Positions 39,961 to 52,677 of a stretch of 64,000 nucleotides of DNA are shown in pieces (within the stretch, counting starts at the first letter, position 1; each line of letters begins with the position of its first letter). The DNA lies in the NCBI RefSeq assembly GCF_009914755.1, contig NC_060937.1; one strand, 5' to 3'. The notes beneath the pieces were generated by a model that was not told the DNA's origin, made no database searches, and saw nothing but the letters and a program-made list of their open reading frames with translations. The DNA comes from the human T2T-CHM13v2.0 reference genome, Homo sapiens. The position numbers and the translations under genes are program-made.

Positions 39961-40388
39961 TTTAACCCTCCCTGTTGCCTTCCCTAACCCATACAAGGAA
40001 ATCAATTTTTCTTTCTTCCTCCTCTGTTAGACAGCTCATCATTACTTTTATTTGTCCCTCTTCTATTCCTAATCCTAAACCCAATCTCTCAATCAGGTCC
40101 CAACCAAGGAGGTTAGTTCCTGCTTCAGGAACATATAAGAGTGACCCCTCAATTTGTTCTGGTCTCAGTCTAATTAACATTTTCTTGAATATTGGAACCT
40201 GAAATCCCTCCCTCTTTACCCCTGATACTATTAACTTTTCCTTAGTGTTCTGTGCACCTTGCTTGGCATATTAGGGAGGAGCAAGCCACTCCAGGGTCAA
40301 CCAAAAATGTCATATCTTCCCCTTCCCCAACCTTCAAATTTATCCAGGGTTCCTGGTGGGACCTACTCAGAAGGAAGCCCTGACCCCC
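39960..40388 (-). pseudogene. pro: Retroviral protease, disrupted
   Basis: FLVDPG (degenerate D-T/S-G) near 40290-40307 and NLLGWD (from NLLGRD). Confidence 0.85.
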
Positions 40389-41918
40389 ATAATCTTCATC
40401 AAAAGTCATAAAGGGGATTAAATTCTCCTCTTTTCTACTCTGGGCATTCTCTTTTTAATATGTCCTGATTTTCCACATTTGTAACATCCACTTACAGTCT
40501 TAGTTTTTCCCTGTATCTCCCTCTTATCTTTTTGTTGAAATAAGTTAGTATTCTCTCATCTCCTCCAGGAGGGGTCTTGATCTAATCTTTTCCTGACTAC
40601 CTCTTCTACAGTGGAAACCATGATTTTCACTTTTTGTTTCTGCTTCTCTTCCTCTCTCCTTACAAAAGCCTTTTGACTTTCCCTCAGTAACTCTTCAATC
40701 AGTTTCTCATTCCACTCATCAATCTTCTGTAGTTTCTTAGTAATGTCAGGCCAGCTTTCAGTTACAAAGTTAACCTTCAAAAGGCCTTGCCTTACTGGGT
40801 CTTCTGGATCTAATCCGAGTATTTCCTCATTTGATCTCTGAGAGTCTCTGCAAGAATGCAGAGGGAATTTCTTCATTTTCCTGTTGAATCTCGTATGCCT
40901 TCAAGACATTTTGTGTCCTAGGAGTGGACTCTTTGATCCCTTTAATTATTAATTCCCTGAAGTCCTGCATTTGGGCCAGATCTCTGGGATCATTATTTTC
41001 CCATTCAGGGTCGACGTTCAGAAATTTTTGTTTGGCTGGTGAGACTCCTTGCCCAGGAGGGTGTTGCCTCTCCCACATGGTCATGGCTGCTCTCCTAATC
41101 ATTCCCCTTTCTTCTCCTGTGAACAGGATATTCATAATAGACATCATTTTAGCTCAGGTGTAAAAGCTGCGTCCTAGGAATTGGTCCAGCTGGTCTGCTA
41201 AACCGAGGGGATCTTCTAGGAGTGTTTTCATTTCCAGTTGTAAGAGGAACATTTACAAAGCCAAGCTCTCCCTGTCCCATGGAAACTTCCCTAAGAGAGA
41301 ATATGCTAGATGTCTGCTGTTTGGAGGGGATAGGAAAGTTCTCAATATCCTTCTTACACTGTTCTAATTCTTCTCTTAAATTTGGATAAGGATCTAAAGG
41401 AGCAGTTGGTTTGGCTTTCCCACGGTCTCCAGGTCTTTCTTCCTCTAACCCTCCTGCTGCCCCTTGATCTTCCTGTTCTCTATTTTGGTGGCTGTATGGA
41501 GGGGGCAAGCATGATAGGGAGTCCCTGGGCTTTTTACTGGGCAAGGCCTTTTTACTAGGCTCCTTAGACCTAGACGTGGGGTTTAATTATTTGATCCAGC
41601 AGACGGTGTAACCTATCTCTTCTTGTGAGGATGGGGTTTTATCATTTACATACAGAATTAAAGCTTGGCATACCCAATCCTCATCTGAGCCAAACTTAGG
41701 CCAAAAGACCAAAGGCTTACGAATGGGGTCTTTGGGACAGATAAAACAGCAATGTCTTACTATCTTTTGCTTTCCCTTGTTCCTTGTTTACAGGTTCAAG
41801 CATTGTCCCTCCAAACCTGTAGCATTCTCCCCAAAGGACTATCTGGGGGAATGTCAGAGAGAGTCTCCTTGGCTCCCTCTTTCCTTTGCCCCCTAGGCCT
41901 AGAATTTCTGTTTCCCAT
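40389..41918 (-). pseudogene. gag: Retroviral gag, disrupted
   Basis: MGNRNS start at 41918, WPKFGS, PPPY late domain, MHR-like IQQENEEIPSAFLQRL, and a single CCHC zinc knuckle (CYKCGKSGH...C) at about 40443-40490. Confidence 0.9.
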
Positions 41919-42359
41919 TTCTGGCTAGTCTCTGTATCTGAGTTTTTCCCTATGTACTCGACCCCCCACACTGGAGGTTTCTTGCACACCCAGAGAATCA
42001 CTTCGTCTGTCTCCAGTCATTTCCCTTGTGGGAGAATGGAACCGTGGATTGGGACTCCGTACTCGCTTTGTATCTAGGATGTGTCTCAGTCACACACACT
42101 TGACCTCCGAAAATGCCCAACCACCAAGGCAGTACCTATAAACCAATTTTCCTACCTTGGCTCATGCATGAGGTTGCTTGGTTGCCACGGTGCCTGCTTT
42201 TTCTCTCTGTGTTGCCTCCGCCACCTCCTGAATAACAGTCTCGGGTATGTTTGTGTCCTCTGCGAGTAGCCAGGATGCTGGGACAGAGCAGGCCACCTAA
42301 AATTGGGTGGGACATGTCTCCTCTCTCAGCTGGAGAACCATTCCATTGCAGGCACAGAG

Positions 42360-42377
42360 ATCCCAGACAAGACGCCA
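42360..42377 (-). other. Primer binding site, tRNA-Pro-like
   Basis: Minus strand TGGCGTCTTGTCTGGGAT vs the tRNA-Pro PBS TGGGGGCTCGTCCGGGAT matches 14/18. Two of the mismatches are CpG-type transitions. Confidence 0.7.
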
Positions 42378-42381
42378 AGTT

Positions 42382-42837
42382 TGTGAGAAACACATTCACC
42401 CATCCAAATCCAAAGAATGGACTCAGAGACGCAAAGAACAGCGGAAGTGAGACTTTTAATAACAATCTTGCAAGATCGGGTGTCTGGTAGGCAGACACAC
42501 ATGGGGCAGTTGCAGCAGGCAATTTATTTCCTAGCATGCAAGTCCCTCCCCTAGTTCCTCATTGGTCGAGTACTACGGGGTTATAATCATCCCGGATGTT
42601 GGCTAAGTTTCATTATTTTCTTCTAAGTTCATACCCTGGTCCCCTTCCCCACTTAAGTTTCGATTTCCCAGTAACGACACTTTATTTTCTTTTATGGACT
42701 GCCTACTCCACTACATCCTGGTTGCTTATCATGACTTTCTAGGTGCATGAGCTGTGCGGTTTGTCACACCCACAGGCTGGTTGCCAGTACTTGGATGTAC
42801 CATGCCTTGAAAATGGACCATTAAATGTTTTCTTACA
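42382..42837 (-). repeat. Proviral 5' LTR
   Basis: TG...CA termini, adjacent to the PBS. The minus strand carries CCAAT and ATTAAA motifs. Confidence 0.93.
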
Positions 42838-43577
42838 CGCATAAATATAAAATATACAGATATACACATACACATATATTTTTAAGTATGAAAAACATGG
42901 CTTATATTTTCATTGCACCGCAAGTACTGCCTAGTGCACTTGGGAAAATAGTAATTAAATAAAAATGGAGAAAAATTTCAGTGATTTTTTTCTACATTCA
43001 AACTGAACCCCATGTTTTTATAATTCTGAAAAAAAAGCATAAGAATAAATACAATTTCTTGATTTACCTCATAATTAATAAACAGTACATATATTTTATT
43101 TCACAGCTACAAATGTTAAAAATTTTATCATCAGAAAATAATTATATTTTCATTGTGAGGTTTTTTAAATATGCTCTTTGCAAATACATCTGTAGACACC
43201 CTCTACAAAGGCACTTAAATTATAATTTTGACTTAAAATCTAAGGCATAACCACAAATTACTAGTATGAAATAGTTTTAAAGATAGAGCCTATTCTCAAA
43301 AGTCACATAGTTCTTCACTTTATTTTAAGATCTGGAGATAAATGAGTAAATCAGAATAAAGATACTATGTACTTTGTATTATTTATGACAATGTTGAGAA
43401 TGTATTTTACAAGATATTAAAATTTATATATTCTCTCTAGTTTTAAGTCTGTAATGACAGTTCATTGAATTCCACAATTTAGAAAATTTCCATTAACGTG
43501 GAAAATTGAGCCCCAAATTATCTAATCTTGTGATGTTTTATATTAATGTACACACAAAAATTAAAATAGGGATTTTT

Positions 43578-45374
43578 TAAAATTATACTTTAAGTTGTGG
43601 GATACATGTGCAGAACGTGCAGGTTTGTTACACAGGTATACACATGCCATGGTGGTTTGCTGCACTCATTAACCAATCATCTACATTACGTATTTCTCCT
43701 AATGCTATCCCTCCCCTAGCTCCACACCCCATGACAGCCTCCAGTGTGTGATGTTCCCCTCCCTGTGTCCACGTATTCTCATTGATCAACTCCCACTTAT
43801 GAGTGAGAACATGGAGTGTTTGGTTTTCTGTTCCTGTGTTAGTTTGCTGAGAATGATGGTTTCCAGCTTCATCCATGTCCCTGCAAAGGACATGAACACA
43901 TCCTTTTTTGTGGCTGCATGGTTTTCCATGATGTATATGTGCCACATTTTCTTTATCCAGTCTGTCATTGATGGGTATTTTGGTTGGTTCCATGTCTTTG
44001 CTATTGCAAACAGTGCCACAATAAACATATGTGTGCATGTGTCTTTATAGTAGAATGACTTCTAATCCTTTGGGTATACACCCAGTAATGGGATTGCTGG
44101 GTCAAATGGTATTTCTGGTTCCAGATCCTTGAGGAATCACCACACTGTCTTCCACAATGGTTGAACTCATTTACAGTCCCACCGACAGTGTAAAAGTGTT
44201 TCTATTTCTCCACATCCTCTCCAGCATCTGTTGTTTCCTGAATTTTTAATTCTAACTGGTGTGAGATGGTATCTCATTGTGGTTTTAATTTGTATTTCTC
44301 TAATGACGAGTGATGATGAGCTTTTTTTTCATATGCTTGTTGGCTGCATAAATGTCTTCTTTTGAGAAGTGTCTGTTCATATGATTCACCCACTTTTTGA
44401 TGGGGTTGTTTTTTTCTTGTAAATTTGTTTAAGTTCCTTGTAGATTCTGGATATTAGCCCTTTGTTAGATGGACAGATTGCAAAAATTTTCTCCTATTTT
44501 GTAGGTTGCCTGTTCACTCTGATGATAGTTTCTTTTGCTGTGTAGAAGCTCTTTCATTTAATTAGATCCCATTTGTCTATTTTGGCTTTCATTGCCATTG
44601 CTTTTTGTGTTTTAGTCATGAAGTCTTTGCCCATGCCTATGTCCTGAATGGTATTGCCTAGCTTTTCTTCTAGGGCTTTTATGGTTTTAGGTCTTAAGTT
44701 TAAGTCTTTAATCCACCTTGAGTTAATTTTTGTATAAGGTATAAGGAAGGGGTCCAGTTTCAGTTTTCTGCATATGGCTAGCCAGTTTTCCCAACACCAT
44801 TTATTAAATAGGGAATCCTTTCCCCATTGCTTGTTTTTGTCAGGTTAGTCAAAGATCAGATGGTTGTAGGTGTGTGGCATTATTTCTGAGGCCTCTGTTC
44901 TGTTCCATTGGTCTACATATCTTTTTTGGGACCAGTACCATGCTGTTTTGGTTACTGTACCCTTGTAGTATATTTTGAAGTCAAGAAGCATGATGCCTCT
45001 TGTTTTGTTCTTTTTGCTTAGAATTGTCTTAGCTATATGGGCTCTTTTTGGGTTTCATATGAAATTTAATGTAGTTTTTTTCTAATTCTGTTAAGAAAGC
45101 CAATGGTAGCTTGATGGGAATAGCATTGAATCTATAAATTACTTTGGGCAATATGGCGATTTTCACAATATTGATTCTTCCTATCCGTAAGCATGGAATG
45201 TTTTTCCATTTGTTTGTGTCCTCTCTTATTTCCTTGAGCAGTGGTTTGTAGTTCTCCTAGAAGAGGTCCTTCACATCCCTTGTAAGTTGTATTCCTAGAT
45301 ATTTTACTCTCTTTGCAGCAATTGTGAATGGGAGTTCACTCATGATTTGGCTCTTTGTTTGTCTATTGTTGGTG
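43578..45374 (-). mobile_element. 5'-truncated L1PA (about L1PA7), ~1.8 kb
   Basis: ORF2 C-terminal homology (ORF 43786-44028). TSD taaaatagggattttt at 43562 and 45375. Confidence 0.95.
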
Positions 45375-46699
45375 TAAAATAGGGATTTTTAAAGCAATCA
45401 CTATTGAAACTCACAGAAATGAACATGTATTTATATACCATGAAATTCAGCAAAGTTTCATGAAATATTAATGAAGTTTTGCAAGTCTCATTTTAAAATT
45501 CAGTGATTAATAATTGATTAGTCTATAAAACAGATATATTGCACAATAGTATCAACACTATAACAAATTTACTTGAAAAATTTAATTGATCTAAACTGCT
45601 ATTTTTTTCTTACAAATTGGAAAAAATAGTTAAAGCACTCTTATTTGTATTGATAGCATTCTGAAAGTTAAGGTCTCTATTCATCCTCATTCCTTTTTAA
45701 AAACTAATGTTGCGTGGAGATATCATAGGGAAAATAAATATTACAAAAATGCATTTCAATTTAAAGAAAAGACGTTTTGTACTCAAGATAGTAACTTGTT
45801 TCCAGCAAGTAAACATACAATGATGCAAGTAAAACATATGGGAGGATGAGTTGTAGCAATTTTTCCAGCTTGCCAGTTGCTTCAAATGTGGTCATATGGT
45901 CACTATAGTCAATTTCAAAGAAATTAGCATTCAAATTCACCAGCTAACCCCAATTTTATGCTTCATTTTTTCCAGAATTCATACAAAAATAAGAGAGTTA
46001 ACAGTGTAAAATTTTAATATCGTAAAAACGGGAAAGCCTCTTAGGAAAAAAATTACATCTTAAGAAAGTAGAGAGTTTAGGCTCATAGACAAGGACAATT
46101 AATATAAGAAACTCCATAGTTTTTTTTCTTTAAATTAGAATAACTATGGAAGATTTGTCAGGCATTCTATGAAATCAGTGGATGGGAATGCACCCACCCC
46201 TAAAACCCAAACAAACAAAAATAATGTATCTCTTAATCTGTCTGTCTCTCTTTCTCTTTCTCCTTTATGTGCATATGTGTGATAAGATATCTACCATCCC
46301 TTTAGCAGGTTTACATATTCAAGCTGATTCTACTCCATTTTTATTGTGAAATAGTTGGTACATACCAAGTGTTAGATGCATGCCTAAACTATGAAACATA
46401 ATAGTAAATAATTAAATAAATATCTGTGAACATATTCTCCATTTAAATAAAGGGAACATAACCATTTCTCTTGTAGATTTATCATCCCATATTTTTGCCT
46501 TTCTATCAGACACACACACACACGCACACACACAAACACACTGTTTCCAAATTTGTTTTAACATTTATTTTATTTTTGCAACATATTTATTATCTATATG
46601 TATACCACAGTTTAACTTGGAGTTTTCTGCTTTGTCTTATTAAAATATTTTCATATGTATGCATTTTCTGCTCGTAAAATTTCGACGCTCATTGCTATA

Positions 46700-47270
46700 A
46701 TGCAATCATTTTCATCTCTATACAAGTATTATACAAGTATTAATTCCTTGAAAATTTAGTTATCCATTTTCTTAGTAGTCATTATGTTGTTTCTACATGT
46801 ACAGCATTAAAAACAATACTGCTATCATGTTCTTTTCCATGTTTCCTGGGAAAAATGCACAAGAATTCACTTGTTTATAAGATGCCACTAAATTACTTTC
46901 CAGAGTAATTATACCAACTTACAAACTCATAGTTACTGTATGGAGTTCCTGAGCACCACAAACATCCAACCAACATTTTACAGTCTTATAAATTCAAATT
47001 TATGCCAAATTGTGATATGAAATATTATTTTAATGTAGTTTCAACTATAAATTTTCTGATATCTAAGGCTGAGGATATTGTCAAATGTTTTTGACCACTG
47101 TGTTATCTTCTGATATGTTTGTTTATAACTTTCTCCCATTTCTCTATTGTGTTTTACTTTTCAATTTTTAGTATCTTTTAACTTTTATGTCAATTATTCC
47201 TTTGTTGATTAGATGAAAAACATTTTCCCGACATGTCCATGCTATTTTTTCCTTCTTTATGTTGCCTACA
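46700..47270 (-). mobile_element. Old L1M fragment
   Basis: 'ttccagagtaattataccaacttacaaactc', 'aaggctgaggatattgtcaaatgttt'. Confidence 0.55.
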
Positions 47271-48029
47271 CTTACTTCAAAAATAATCCCTCATCAGACA
47301 GACTGCAAGCAATTAAATAAAAGTGCTTTTTCCATAAAGACCCTGACACACTTTGACAGTCCAAAGCAGGATAAGTCTGTAGATTACTGAGCAGTTTCAC
47401 TTGCACAGGTGGAAAAATATTATCCCTACTTTGTGGTTATCAGTTGAGGACACTAGAATCTGGGGAAGGACACAAGGATCTCATGTTCTGGTTATAGCAT
47501 CTCCTCCTGTGATGCAGGAGAATGGGAAAAACATTTTGATGGATTTGATGGTGACAGGAGAGTTATTATAGTCAAACGAGTATGAGAAAGAGAAATAGAC
47601 AGATGACATTTAAAAACTAAAACTATCTACCAATTTCTGAAACTGTTAGGACAAATTTAATTATAACAATGCTGGATTTCATGCAAAACAGATGAATGTT
47701 TCAATTAGAAGATTTATCTAACAGTTATGCTAATCCTTTTATTTTCTCACAAGTGTTTGACTGGGAAAAATGATGATAAAAACAAAAATTCAGATAAATT
47801 CAATAGAAAACTTCCACAAGCCTTAGTGACAAATACATGTGAAGTATTTGGCTTTCTTTGGATTATGGTAACATTTTTTGCCAGGCCTGGCTGCTTGTAA
47901 TAGTTTTGAAGTCCTAAAGTCATAATGCAGTGCAATGTCACATATTAAGGTTAGAAGACAATTCTCCATGACATTTCATTTCTGCATTTTGTATCAGCTT
48001 TTTTCCTATACTAAATTCCAAGTACGTTT

Positions 48030-48425
48030 ATATAGCAAGCAGCTTTGGAAGACAGAAAGAGTCTCTCTCCAGAACAGAGGACAAATTTGTTTACTGGCCA
48101 GTTTAGAAGAAATCATATCTTCCTCCAAAACAGAAAAAAAAATGTAGACAGGTTTGCTAATAGTCATTTTTAAAAGATTAGGGTTTCTTAAGCTCAGAGT
48201 TCTTCAGCTGTGACATAACTCAACTGTGTGCAAATCCCCCTGAGCCCAGCTCAGGTTCAACTCCGTGGAACTTGGTGGGTAAGAGGAACTGATGCACTGC
48301 CTGCTCTGTGATGCATAATAGAGTAATAAACTCCTTTTTCTCTAACCCAGGAGCTTCATGTCTCCTGTCATCATCTAGGAAAGTGGTATCTTGCAATCGG
48401 TAAAATCTCAGACCCAGCACAGTTC
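48030..48425 (+). mobile_element. ERVL-class LTR (MER73/74/76-like, tentative)
   Basis: 'ttaagctcagagttc', 'gagtaataaactcctttttctctaacccaggagc'. Confidence 0.55.
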
Positions 48426-51400
48426 TTGAAATGTAAAATGACTCTTCTTTTACTTTCATTTCTTGGGAAGCATGTTTTTATTATCTGTCACTACCACACA
48501 TTCTTACAGAACTTTCTGAGAGTTCCTCCAGTAATAGAAGGGCTTATGAATGCTCATGGAAGTGGATAAAAATGTATCATAAGTGGAGATGTTTCTTAAT
48601 CATACTATACTAGTTGTCTTTCAAATTTTCTGTTGTATTAAATCTCTAAAAGCATAAGAGAATTTTCTGAGATGACTAATCTGGTAAAGGAAAGTGCAAC
48701 ATGATAAAACAATTCTGACCTTAAATTAGCTTAAATTTTTAAAAAGTGATTAATTATTATTCACATTTTTGTACATAAGATGCTGAATCCGGTGAAACAG
48801 TCTATAATGAACGAAGATCAATACTAAAATATAGTGCATAACTATTGGAAATGTAAGTTTTCTACTTCATATACATTTATGCCCTAGTCAAAAATTAGGG
48901 AGATCCTAAGGAAACTTCTATTACTTTTGTTTTAGTAAGAAGCTAAATGTTTTTAACTACTGTAAGTAATCCAAGGTATATAATATGCAATAAAAGGGGT
49001 TGGGTTATTGATCTGAGTTACATTTTTATATTTAGTGTCTCAATGGTCCAGTGACTATTTGTGTAGGATGTGGTAAAAGGTTTTTTTTTTTTAATTACAG
49101 AAATATATCATCAGGTTCCTTCCAACTCTAAGACCTAATATTTTTACAACTGTCAGAAATTTTTAAAAATATATACAAATACTTCTAATTTTGAATTTTT
49201 TGTAACAAAATTTTAATTGCATGGTTATATTTTACATGCCCGTAAATTAGTTCTCAATTGGAATCATCTTGCATTCATTGTGACACAATATTCTTCAGTT
49301 TCATTGCTTACATATGCTAAAAACTAAAGTAAGAGTTGAGATATACTGGGGCATTTCAGGAATAATATGCATTGGTTTTATATAACTTTCTAAAACCTTA
49401 TGTGTTCGGAAAGCTTAACTCATCTAAATGTAGTCTATAACTCATAAGATTACATACTAATTATTCATTCTTTTTGTCTTTAAACTGTAAAAAAAAACTG
49501 ATACAATCTCTTTAAGAAATTAGTTTCTTAGAGCACTATGAATTTAGTTATAATGACATTCTTTGAAGAAACATACAATTACTCCAAATAAAATTTTAAA
49601 AAATCTAATGTATATTACAATTTGAAAGTTTAAAATGTTAAAGCCAATATATTATATACAAGCAGTTTCAAAGACAGCATGTATTGGTTTGAAAATGTAA
49701 CTTATTTCTTAGAAAAAAGTAAACTGGACAATTATTTGTGGAGAACAAAGTAAACAAACACATAATCCAAACTGTGATAAAGTTTTTTTTTTTCTCTAAG
49801 AGCAATACAACTGAAATATTTGATTTCACTCTAATTCTAGCTCAGTAAATGGTAAAAAAGAAAACCCCTGACCTAAACTTAATAAATTATTTTAACCTAT
49901 TATTTTTATATTGGTGTTTATTATAATGTTGGAGTTAGTGGAAATCATGTCTGCTTTATTCTGGAAACAGGAATATATAGAGATAGGGATACATACAGAA
50001 GAAAGAGAAAGCTAGAAGAAAAAAGTAAAAAGTACTGGTTTTTAGCAATGATGAAAAGCATGTTTTAGGTGACAAAATGAGATGCATGTAAATGACAAGA
50101 AGGCTCTCTGTATCCTGAAAACATTCAATTCAGAGTGACCTGTGGCCATAAATTACCAGAACGAAGCTTCAGATCCCAGTCTTGTAATTTCATCAAGGCC
50201 AACAAGATGCAGTCTTGAAAACCGTTTGCATGGTGTGAGGACGAATTGATGCCCTTGTTCTTTCAGACGGCTGAGCTTGATGCACAGAGTCTGACTACTT
50301 TTGTGTCTCTGTGTAGCCTTATATGGTCATTGTAAATAATTAAGTAGAAATTTGTTACCCTTTTGTCAAATGTATTTCTGATGTTGCTCTTCCTAGCTTC
50401 CATTAAGAAATCCCTTGATTAAATTTTAAAGTCTTAAACAATTTGAGCGTCTGAGAGCACTGGATACAAACTACAATTTAAATGTTTTGCAGGGGAAAGT
50501 CATATTCTCTTTGGGAGTAGGGGAAATAATGTTAGGTATTTAGTATGCAGCCCCATGATTCCTTTTCAAGACACAATATTACAGATTTGATTACCAACCC
50601 TGTAGCTGGTCCTTGTAGGTCATTTATTTTCTCAACTACTGTCTTGTAGATTTTAAAAATATGTTGCTTAAAATATTTGAGAATATTTTAAGTTAAGCAA
50701 AATATGCTTGTAACTAGAAATTTAAATTCTTAGTCACTCCAGCTCTTACATAACATGATAATAAGAAAATATGGAACAAATGTGTTTTTTTTTTGTAATT
50801 TACAACCGTAATTCTTTTTTACATGTTTATTTACAGTATTCTAAAATAATTTTTAGACAAGGAAACAAAACAAAAAGAAAAGGAACTAAATAGTGAAATA
50901 CAATTTTCCTTATGCTTTAGAAAATGAGTAACTGTTTAAATTTTAATTATATTCTTCCTCAAATGCATGAATTCAAAACAGATTGGTATGAATATGTGAC
51001 ACTTGTTGTGGTTTTATACCATATTTATTATCTATATTTTGGAAAAAAATAAAACAGCCTTTAAACCTAGAATACATATAATTCAAAAAAACAAAATATG
51101 GCATTTAGTTTTCTATTCTAATTAATAAAGAAACAGAACACATTTTGTATTGTGAGGTGATATTCCACAGCAACATAATTAAAAGTTTTCTGGGGATTTT
51201 TCACTTTCTTTTACGTGGGTGAATGCTACAAGTCTTTATTCCTTCTCTCTGCATGTCATTTTTCCTTTGCCTCAATAAAATGGATGAAAATGAAATTTAT
51301 ATTTATAGTATTTGGAACTACGCTCCTCAGGGACTTTATTTTCATGGTGATGCATTCCCTTAATAACTCGTCTTCTATTTTGACCACTGTAGTCATGACA

Positions 51401-51829
51401 TTTACATAGTGTATGTGTCTCTTTCATTTTGGGATAAGAAAATTAGAAACCTCGTGATTTCCTTTTTATTCAGTAATTCTATCCGGGTTTTGAATTATGC
51501 TTTGCATATTATAAACCCTGGCTCTAAATAGAAAGTGCTAAAAAATTAAATTTGTACCACTTCACTCATACTGCCTCATCCTCACTCCCAAACTTTGCCT
51601 TTCATGAACTCTAAAGTGTTCATGTTCATGCTCCATTATTTTTATATTTCAGTGCCCGCTAGTCTTTGACTACTGAAACCTGACAGTGCAAACCAAATTT
51701 AAATGTAAGGGTTGTTGATCCAGAGACAGATGCTGGCCATAGCAGGCCGCCACCTCTACTGTTTCTTTTAGGGGAATGCTCTCCACAGGCTGGCTATGGT
51801 CACAGCCCCTGCTCAAGCCTATCCCATAG

Positions 51830-52254
<425 letters not shown>

Positions 52255-52504
52255 TGTTTCTTTATTAAAATAAAAAAAGAAGACTAATTTGTGCTTGTAC
52301 AGTTGCATTAAGGATTGAGATTATATATATGTAAATGAACGTGATCCTGATAAACACTAGGCTTCCAGTAAGTGGTTAACATCTTTTGTTACATCTGTTA
52401 AAATCCTAGTCCCAGATCCTTGGATAAGAGAGGTGCTATGGTTTTGATTTGGTTATTAAGTCAACACATCTATTTTAAAGGTGTTAAGCAGGAAAAGAGT
52501 TTTG

Positions 52505-52677
52505 ATTACAACATTAAAATCACAGGCATGGAGAAGGGGAGCTTTGAAAAATATCGATGTGTGGGTCTCACCTCCACAGATTCTGATATAATTGAGCTGG
52601 GTGCTGTGTTGGGCGTTGGGAATATTAAGAGCCCCCTGAATTATCCTAACGTGCAGCCAAAACTGAGAGCCACTGGT
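52505..52677. mobile_element. MER5-family hAT fossil
   Basis: 'cagattctgatataattg...gtgcagccaaaactgagagccactg'. Confidence 0.65.

Larger units (their letters stand above)
34256..42837 (-). mobile_element. Near full-length defective class I ERV provirus, HERV-IP/HERV-P(b)-like (HERVP71A or HERVIP10 candidates)
   Basis: Two homologous ~455-bp LTRs, a PBS, a PPT, and gag-pro-pol-env fragments in canonical order. Env motif FKAxxQIAAGFES...INKNVEWINYIYYNQQRF. Confidence 0.95.

Noticed and set aside
34980-42490. Plus-strand ORFs over the provirus as antisense genes
   Set aside because: They are short shadow frames of decayed retroviral genes with no recognisable motifs.
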